DNA of 64,000 nucleotides from Escherichia coli (GTDB lineage Bacteria; Pseudomonadota; Gammaproteobacteria; Enterobacterales; Enterobacteriaceae): NCBI RefSeq assembly GCF_003018115.1, contig NZ_CP027457.1; one strand, 5' to 3'. Shown piece by piece: positions 57,980 to 64,000 of this stretch (position 1 is its first letter; each line of letters starts with the position of its first letter). The notes under the pieces were generated by a model. It saw only the letters and a program-made list of their open reading frames with translations, ran no database searches and was not told where the DNA came from. The position numbers and the translations under genes were made by a program.

Positions 57980-58897
57980 ATGAACTTCAGACGCCTGAAA
58001 TACTTCGTAAAAATTGTAGATATTGGTAGCCTGACCCAGGCTGCTGAAGTATTGCATATCGCACAACCAGCGCTCAGCCAGCAGGTTGCCACACTGGAAG
58101 GTGAGTTAAATCAACAACTTTTGATTCGCACAAAACGAGGCGTTACGCCAACAGACGCCGGAAAAATTCTCTATACCCATGCGCGGGCCATTTTACGTCA
58201 GTGTGAGCAGGCCCAACTGGCGGTGCATAACGTTGGTCAGGCATTATCGGGGCAAGTCTCGATTGGCTTTGCGCCAGGAACCGCTGCGTCATCCATCACC
58301 ATGCCCTTATTACAGGCGGTTCGCGCTGAATTTCCGGAGGTCGTTATCTATCTTCATGAAAATAGCGGTGCAGTGCTTAACGAAAAACTGATAAATCACC
58401 AACTCGATATGGCGGTGATTTATGAGCATTCCCCTGTGGCTGGTGTATCCAGTCAGGCTTTACTGAAAGAAGATCTTTTTCTGGTAGGAACTCAAGATTG
58501 CCCGGGGCAAAGCGTTGATGTTAATGCTATTGCGCAAATGAACCTCTTTCTCCCCAGTGATTACAGTGCTATTAGACTTCGTGTTGATGAGGCTTTTTCC
58601 CTACGGCGACTCACGGCAAAAGTCATTGGTGAAATTGAGTCTATTGCCACGCTTACCGCAGCGATTGCGAGCGGCATGGGCGTTGCAGTATTACCCGAAT
58701 CGGCCGCGCGTTCGTTATGTGGCGCAGTAAACGGGTGGATGTCACGCATTACCACACCTTCCATGAGTCTCTCTTTGTCACTAAATTTACCCGCCAGAGC
58801 GAACTTATCACCACAGGCGCAAGCAGTGAAAGAGTTGTTAATGTCAGTGATGAGTTCTCCAGTGATGGAAAAAAGGCAGTGGCAATTGGTGAGCTAA
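57980..58897 (+). CDS. nac: Nitrogen assimilation control protein (LysR family)
   Basis: ORF 57950..58897 trimmed to MNFRRLKYFVKIVDIGSLTQAAEVLHIAQPALSQQV (305 aa). Confidence 0.95.
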   Translation: MNFRRLKYFVKIVDIGSLTQAAEVLHIAQPALSQQVATLEGELNQQLLIRTKRGVTPTDAGKILYTHARAILRQCEQAQLAVHNVGQALSGQVSIGFAPGTAASSITMPLLQAVRAEFPEVVIYLHENSGAVLNEKLINHQLDMAVIYEHSPVAGVSSQALLKEDLFLVGTQDCPGQSVDVNAIAQMNLFLPSDYSAIRLRVDEAFSLRRLTAKVIGEIESIATLTAAIASGMGVAVLPESAARSLCGAVNGWMSRITTPSMSLSLSLNLPARANLSPQAQAVKELLMSVMSSPVMEKRQWQLVS

Positions 58898-58998
58898 GCG
58901 TTATATCGGGATGGAATAAGATGCGGGTTTTTATTATTTGTTATGCCGGGCATTAGACTTTAACAATAACGGGAAATCTGAACTGCCCGGAGTTTACC

Positions 58999-59949
58999 GT
59001 GAATTTCCAACAACTAAAGATAATCCGCGAGGCTGCACGTCAGGATTACAACCTGACAGAGGTTGCGAATATGCTTTTTACCTCACAGTCAGGCGTCAGC
59101 CGTCATATTCGGGAACTGGAGGATGAACTTGGCATCGAAATATTTGTTCGACGAGGTAAGCGACTGCTGGGCATGACTGAACCGGGCAAAGCATTACTGG
59201 TCATTGCAGAACGTATTCTGAATGAAGCCAGTAATGTTCGTCGGCTTGCAGACCTGTTTACCAACGATACGTCTGGCGTTCTCACTATTGCAACGACGCA
59301 TACTCAGGCACGTTATAGCTTGCCAGAGGTCATTAAAGCTTTTCGCGAACTTTTCCCGGAGGTTCGGCTCGAGCTAATCCAGGGGACGCCACAGGAAATT
59401 GCGACGTTGTTGCAAAATGGCGAAGCTGATATTGGTATCGCCAGCGAGCGTTTGAGTAATGACCCGCAGCTCGTCGCCTTCCCGTGGTTTCGTTGGCACC
59501 ATAGTTTGCTTGTTCCACTCGATCATCCCTTGACGCAAATTACACCGTTGACGCTGGAATCAATAGCGAAGTGGCCGTTAATTACTTACCGACAGGGGAT
59601 TACGGGGCGCTCACGTATTGATGACGCATTTGTCCGCAAAGGTTTGCTGGCAGATATTGTATTAAGTGCGCAGGATTCTGATGTCATTAAAACCTATGTT
59701 GCTCTTGGGCTGGGGATTGGATTAGTTGCCGAACAATCCAGCGGCGAACAAGAGGAAGAGAATTTAATCCGTCTGGATACGCGGCATCTTTTCGATGCCA
59801 ATACTGTATGGTTGGGACTGAAGCGAGGGCAACTTCAACGTAACTATGTCTGGCGCTTTCTGGAACTTTGTAATGCAGGACTGTCAGTTGAGGATATCAA
59901 GCGCAAGGTGATGGAGAACAGTGAAGAGGAAATTGATTATCAGATATAG
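58999..59949 (+). CDS. cbl: Cys-regulon transcriptional activator Cbl (LysR family)
   Basis: 316 aa; MNFQQLKIIREAARQDYNLTEVANMLFTSQSGVSRHI; GTG start. Confidence 0.95.
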   Translation: MNFQQLKIIREAARQDYNLTEVANMLFTSQSGVSRHIRELEDELGIEIFVRRGKRLLGMTEPGKALLVIAERILNEASNVRRLADLFTNDTSGVLTIATTHTQARYSLPEVIKAFRELFPEVRLELIQGTPQEIATLLQNGEADIGIASERLSNDPQLVAFPWFRWHHSLLVPLDHPLTQITPLTLESIAKWPLITYRQGITGRSRIDDAFVRKGLLADIVLSAQDSDVIKTYVALGLGIGLVAEQSSGEQEEENLIRLDTRHLFDANTVWLGLKRGQLQRNYVWRFLELCNAGLSVEDIKRKVMENSEEEIDYQI

Positions 59950-59986
59950 CAAAAAGCCCGCTATAAAAGCGGGCTTTTCAGAAATT

Positions 59987-60062
59987 TGGCTCCTCTGACT
60001 GGACTCGAACCAGTGACATACGGATTAACAGTCCGCCGTTCTACCGACTGAACTACAGAGGA
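59987..60062 (-). tRNA. asnU: tRNA-Asn (GUU anticodon)
   Basis: 76 nt identical to the copy at 57579..57654; preceded on the plus strand by hairpin 59956..59978. Confidence 0.95.
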
Positions 60063-60222
60063 ATCGCTGTTGAGGCACATCTTAACGGCGAAAAATCTTT
60101 TGTCAAACCCGATTTTTAAATTTCCCAACTGTTTGCCGTTTCTATCAACAGTTTGTTGCATTTGCAGACAATTTGTTGGCGAAAATCTTTGCAGCTTTGC
60201 TGATTCTCCCTCATTATTTGAA

Positions 60223-61710
60223 ATGTGGTTTCACTTTCTGCAATTAAGGTCGGCTTTGAATATCTCCTCTGCTTTACGCCAGGTTGTTCACGGCACTCGC
60301 TGGCACGCTAAACGCAAGAGCTACAAAGTGTTGTTCTGGCGCGAGATAACCCCGCTTGCTGTTCCTATCTTCATGGAGAATGCCTGTGTCCTGTTGATGG
60401 GGGTTCTGAGCACTTTTCTGGTCAGCTGGCTGGGAAAAGATGCGATGGCCGGCGTGGGATTGGCGGACAGCTTCAATATGGTCATTATGGCTTTTTTTGC
60501 TGCTATCGATCTTGGTACTACTGTCGTTGTGGCATTTAGTCTCGGTAAGCGGGATCGACGACGAGCGAGGGTGGCGACGCGGCAGTCATTGGTGATCATG
60601 ACGTTGTTTGCCGTACTGTTGGCAACGCTTATTCATCATTTTGGCGAACAAATTATTGATTTCGTCGCGGGTGATGCCACGACAGAAGTTAAAGCACTGG
60701 CGTTGACTTATCTGGAGCTGACGGTACTCAGTTATCCAGCAGCTGCCATCACTCTTATTGGTAGCGGGGCACTTCGTGGTGCAGGGAATACGAAAATACC
60801 GCTATTGATTAACGGTAGCCTGAATATTCTTAATATTATTATTAGCGGCATATTGATTTACGGCCTTTTCTCCTGGCCGGGACTGGGATTTGTCGGGGCA
60901 GGGCTGGGTTTAACCATTTCTCGTTATATTGGCGCAGTTGCAATTTTGTGGGTGCTGGCGATTGGTTTTAATCCTGCGCTAAGGATTTCGTTAAAGAGCT
61001 ATTTTAAACCGCTGAATTTTAGCATTATCTGGGAAGTCATGGGGATTGGTATTCCCGCGAGTGTCGAATCAGTGTTATTTACCAGTGGTCGGTTATTAAC
61101 CCAAATGTTCGTTGCCGGGATGGGGACCAGTGTTATTGCCGGAAATTTTATCGCGTTTTCAATTGCGGCTCTTATCAACTTACCCGGAAGTGCGCTCGGC
61201 TCTGCTTCTACGATCATTACAGGCCGAAGGTTGGGGGTAGGGCAGATAGCGCAAGCAGAGATTCAGTTGCGGCATGTGTTCTGGCTGTCCACTCTTGGAT
61301 TAACGGCCATCGCCTGGCTAACGGCTCCCTTTGCCGGGCTTATGGCATCGTTTTACACCCAGGATCCACAAGTTAAACATGTCGTTGTGATTCTGATTTG
61401 GCTAAATGCTTTATTTATGCCTATTTGGTCCGCCTCATGGGTGCTACCCGCTGGATTTAAAGGTGCTCGTGATGCCCGTTACGCCATGTGGGTTTCGATG
61501 TTGAGCATGTGGGGTTGTCGGGTTGTCGTCGGTTATGTGCTGGGAATCATGCTTGGCTGGGGTGTGGTTGGTGTCTGGATGGGAATGTTTGCCGACTGGG
61601 CTGTGCGGGCCGTGCTGTTTTACTGGCGAATGGTTACTGGACGTTGGCTATGGAAATACCCTCGATCCGAGCCGCAAAAGTGTGAAAAAAAGCCAGTTGT
61701 GTCGGAATAA
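60223..61710 (+). CDS. yeeO: MATE-family efflux transporter
   Basis: ORF 60070..61710 trimmed to MWFHFLQLRSALN (495 aa); polytopic membrane protein. Confidence 0.85.
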   Translation: MWFHFLQLRSALNISSALRQVVHGTRWHAKRKSYKVLFWREITPLAVPIFMENACVLLMGVLSTFLVSWLGKDAMAGVGLADSFNMVIMAFFAAIDLGTTVVVAFSLGKRDRRRARVATRQSLVIMTLFAVLLATLIHHFGEQIIDFVAGDATTEVKALALTYLELTVLSYPAAAITLIGSGALRGAGNTKIPLLINGSLNILNIIISGILIYGLFSWPGLGFVGAGLGLTISRYIGAVAILWVLAIGFNPALRISLKSYFKPLNFSIIWEVMGIGIPASVESVLFTSGRLLTQMFVAGMGTSVIAGNFIAFSIAALINLPGSALGSASTIITGRRLGVGQIAQAEIQLRHVFWLSTLGLTAIAWLTAPFAGLMASFYTQDPQVKHVVVILIWLNALFMPIWSASWVLPAGFKGARDARYAMWVSMLSMWGCRVVVGYVLGIMLGWGVVGVWMGMFADWAVRAVLFYWRMVTGRWLWKYPRSEPQKCEKKPVVSE

Positions 61711-61810
61711 ACGACAAAATGCAGATTATTTCAGCAAACGATTTCAAATTTAAAAAACAGGCTTTGACATTGTGGGTGGGCATCGCTAATATTCGCCTCG
61801 TTCTCACGAT

Positions 61811-61886
61811 TCCTCTGTAGTTCAGTCGGTAGAACGGCGGACTGTTAATCCGTATGTCACTGGTTCGAGTCCAGTCAGAGGAGCCA
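61811..61886 (+). tRNA. asnW: tRNA-Asn (GUU anticodon)
   Basis: Same 76 nt sequence on the plus strand, ending in CCA. Confidence 0.95.
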
Positions 61887-61947
61887 AATTTTAGTTTTGA
61901 GACATCTCTATGAGTCTCAAGGCAGTTAAAAAATAAAAATTATTTTT

Positions 61948-61983
61948 ACCCGGCCACTTTGTAAAAAAGTGGCCGGGTTTTTT
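61948..61983. terminator. Strong bidirectional terminator hairpin between tRNA-Asn and yeeN
   Basis: acccggccactt tgtaaaa aagtggccgggt, perfect 12 bp stem, T-run on the plus strand and A/T-rich run on the other side. Confidence 0.8.
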
Positions 61984-62335
61984 GATTTCTGTGTTTCGTG
62001 CGCTTAATCGAGTCTCACGCTTCAGTGAGCAAATTGCCCCTCCCCAACAGACATCACGATTCACAAGGTCAAAAATTCTGTTCCATGAAGTACCGTACAA
62101 AGATAAAGAGAAAAATGCCTTATGCGGGATGTCGCTGTCGCGTCTTTATCGGGAAACTATACGTAATTACCACTTGCCTTCTGTAATCAGAAAAAGAAGA
62201 CCTGGAATTTTAATAAATATTATTTCTCTGGGGGGATTTTTATAATCAATATGACGAGTTGAAAATTATATTCTTTATAAGAATTATATGAGGTTAAAGA
62301 AATCTGCCGTAAAGACAGATTTCTTTAAAAGATAA

Positions 62336-63052
62336 TTAGAGATTTGCGACGTTATGATAAACTTTTTGTACATCGTCGTCATCTTCAAGGGCATCAACAA
62401 GCCCTTCAAAGATTTCTAAATCTTCTGGGGAAAGCTCAACTTCAGATTGAGCAATCATTTCTAATTCTGTTGTTGAGAACTCAGTGATTCCAGCTGCTTT
62501 TAGAGCCGCGATTCCTTTATGAAGGTCAGTAGGTTCGGTATAAATAACAATGTTACCTTCTTCTTCAGTCACATCACGAACATCAACTTCAGCTTCAAGT
62601 AAAATTTCAAAAATATGGTCAGGGTCTGATCCTTTAAATACAATCACACCAGTATTGTCAAACATATAGCTGACAGAACCTGCCGCTCCGATATTGCCGC
62701 CTTTTTTATTGAAAATTGTGCGAACGTTAGCAATCGTACGGTTAACATTTGAAGTCAATGTCTCGGCGATAATCATTGAGCCATTAGGACCAAAGCCTTC
62801 ATAACGGCCCTGCACGAATGTTTCATCTCCGCCGCCTTTGGCTTTATCAATTGCTTTATCAATAACGTGCTTTGGAACTTGTGCCTGCTTTGCACGTTCA
62901 ATAACGAATTTTAAAGATGTGTTTAATTCTGGATCGGGTTCACCTTGTTTAGCGGCAGCATAGATTTCTACACCGAATTTTGCATAAATTTTAGACGTTG
63001 CACCGTCTTTAGCCGTTTTTTTAGCAACAATATTGGCCCATTTACGTCCCAC
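62336..63052 (-). CDS. yeeN: YebC/PmpR-family transcriptional regulator
   Basis: 238 aa; [27 protein letters not shown]. Confidence 0.85.
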   Translation of the reverse strand: MGRKWANIVAKKTAKDGATSKIYAKFGVEIYAAAKQGEPDPELNTSLKFVIERAKQAQVPKHVIDKAIDKAKGGGDETFVQGRYEGFGPNGSMIIAETLTSNVNRTIANVRTIFNKKGGNIGAAGSVSYMFDNTGVIVFKGSDPDHIFEILLEAEVDVRDVTEEEGNIVIYTEPTDLHKGIAALKAAGITEFSTTELEMIAQSEVELSPEDLEIFEGLVDALEDDDDVQKVYHNVANL

Positions 63053-63394
63053 TGGAATGATCTCCTCGAAAATTTATTTACATTACTGGTAAATCGTTAA
63101 CATGTGTTAATTCGGCATATTATATCATAACAGGAAAAATCTCGTCTATTAGAAATAAAAATATTCTAAAGCCATAATCTTATATTTAATTTTATAAAAA
63201 CTTATATTGTTGGCGGGATTTTTTATAATTGTGTTTTGAAAGCATACTTGCTTTTAATATGTGGAAATCATTAAGACGATAATAAAACTCGTATCCGCCC
63301 AAGGAAGCAAACAGCCCGCGTTTATTGCGGGCTATTTGCCAGATGTCTTACTTAATCCTTCACATCTATTTTTGATAAGAAGGTTCAGAACTTA

Positions 63395-64000
63395 TTATCG
63401 GAACGGCGGCTCATTAAAGGTTCGTAATTTACGTGAATGCAGTCGGTCGCCTTCTGCGCGCAGCAAATCGATCGCCCGAATGCCAATTTGTAGGTGTTCG
63501 GAAATAGCGCCTTCATAAAAACGGTTAGCCTGACCGGGAAGTTTAATCTCGCCATGCAACGGTTTATCTGAAACACACAGTAGTGTCCCGTATGGCACGC
63601 GGAAACGATATCCTTGCGCGGCAATGGTTGCACTTTCCATATCAATTGCTACGGCCCGGCTTAAGTTAAAACGAAGTGCAGAAGCTGAGTAACGTAATTC
63701 CCAGTTCCTGTCATCTGTGGTTACCACAGTACCAGTACGTAGCCGCTGTTTGACTTCCTCACCGGGCCTGCCGCTCACCAGCTTGGTGGCGTCATAAAGC
63801 GCACGTTGCACTTCAGCAATGCTCGGAATAGGAATATCGGGCGGCAGAACCGCATCAAGAACGTGGTCATCGCGTAAATAAGCGTGTGCAAGTACATAAT
63901 CGCCAATGGCCTGACTTTCACGTAATCCGCCACAGTGACCAATCATCAACCAGACATCCGGGCGTAGCACTGCCAGATGATCGCAGATGGTTTTAGCATT
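63395..64000 (-). CDS. amn: AMP nucleosidase, C-terminal part (N-terminus lies beyond the window end)
   Basis: Minus-strand frame open from the stop at 63392..63394 to the window edge; adjacent to yeeN as in E. coli. Confidence 0.8.
   Translation of the reverse strand, partial: NAKTICDHLAVLRPDVWLMIGHCGGLRESQAIGDYVLAHAYLRDDHVLDAVLPPDIPIPSIAEVQRALYDATKLVSGRPGEEVKQRLRTGTVVTTDDRNWELRYSASALRFNLSRAVAIDMESATIAAQGYRFRVPYGTLLCVSDKPLHGEIKLPGQANRFYEGAISEHLQIGIRAIDLLRAEGDRLHSRKLRTFNEPPFR

Noticed and set aside
60070-60222. Longer yeeO start at 60070, giving 546 aa
   Set aside because: It begins only 8 bp after the tRNA-Asn gene and adds a non-hydrophobic, Cys-rich extension; the Met at 60223 (MWFHF) gives the 495 aa transporter.
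61887-62335. Possible island or integrase remnant downstream of the plus-strand tRNA-Asn
   Set aside because: Only about 450 bp separate the tRNA from the yeeN stop; it holds a strong terminator and no ORF resembling an integrase, and no tRNA 3'-end direct repeat was seen.

Overview
The window is an Enterobacteriaceae (E. coli-type) chromosomal backbone segment, recognised from ORF translations and direct reading of the sequence. It runs from wzc (3' part) through the complete colanic-acid (wca) cluster, galF, an AT-rich serotype-specific O-antigen locus, gnd-ugd-wzzB, the his operon on the minus strand with its hisL leader, yefM-yoeB, yeeZ/yeeY/plaP/yeeE/yeeD, sbcB, dacD, sbmC, yeeA, yeeX, cobUST, ldtA, three tRNA-Asn genes interleaved with nac, cbl and yeeO, then yeeN and the 3' part of amn. 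No transposase, integrase, prophage or CRISPR array was seen. The only clearly accessory region is the O-antigen locus (about 22.0-31.4 kb). It contains a translationally coupled three-gene module (HAD phosphatase, fused nucleotidyltransferase/APH-like kinase, second nucleotidyltransferase), a wzy that appears frameshifted at a G8 tract, wzx, and four glycosyltransferase activities including a split Alg14/Alg13-type enzyme. Everything else looks canonical. Gene identities rest on recalled similarity to E. coli K-12 proteins; no database search or computation was run, and GC content was judged by eye.
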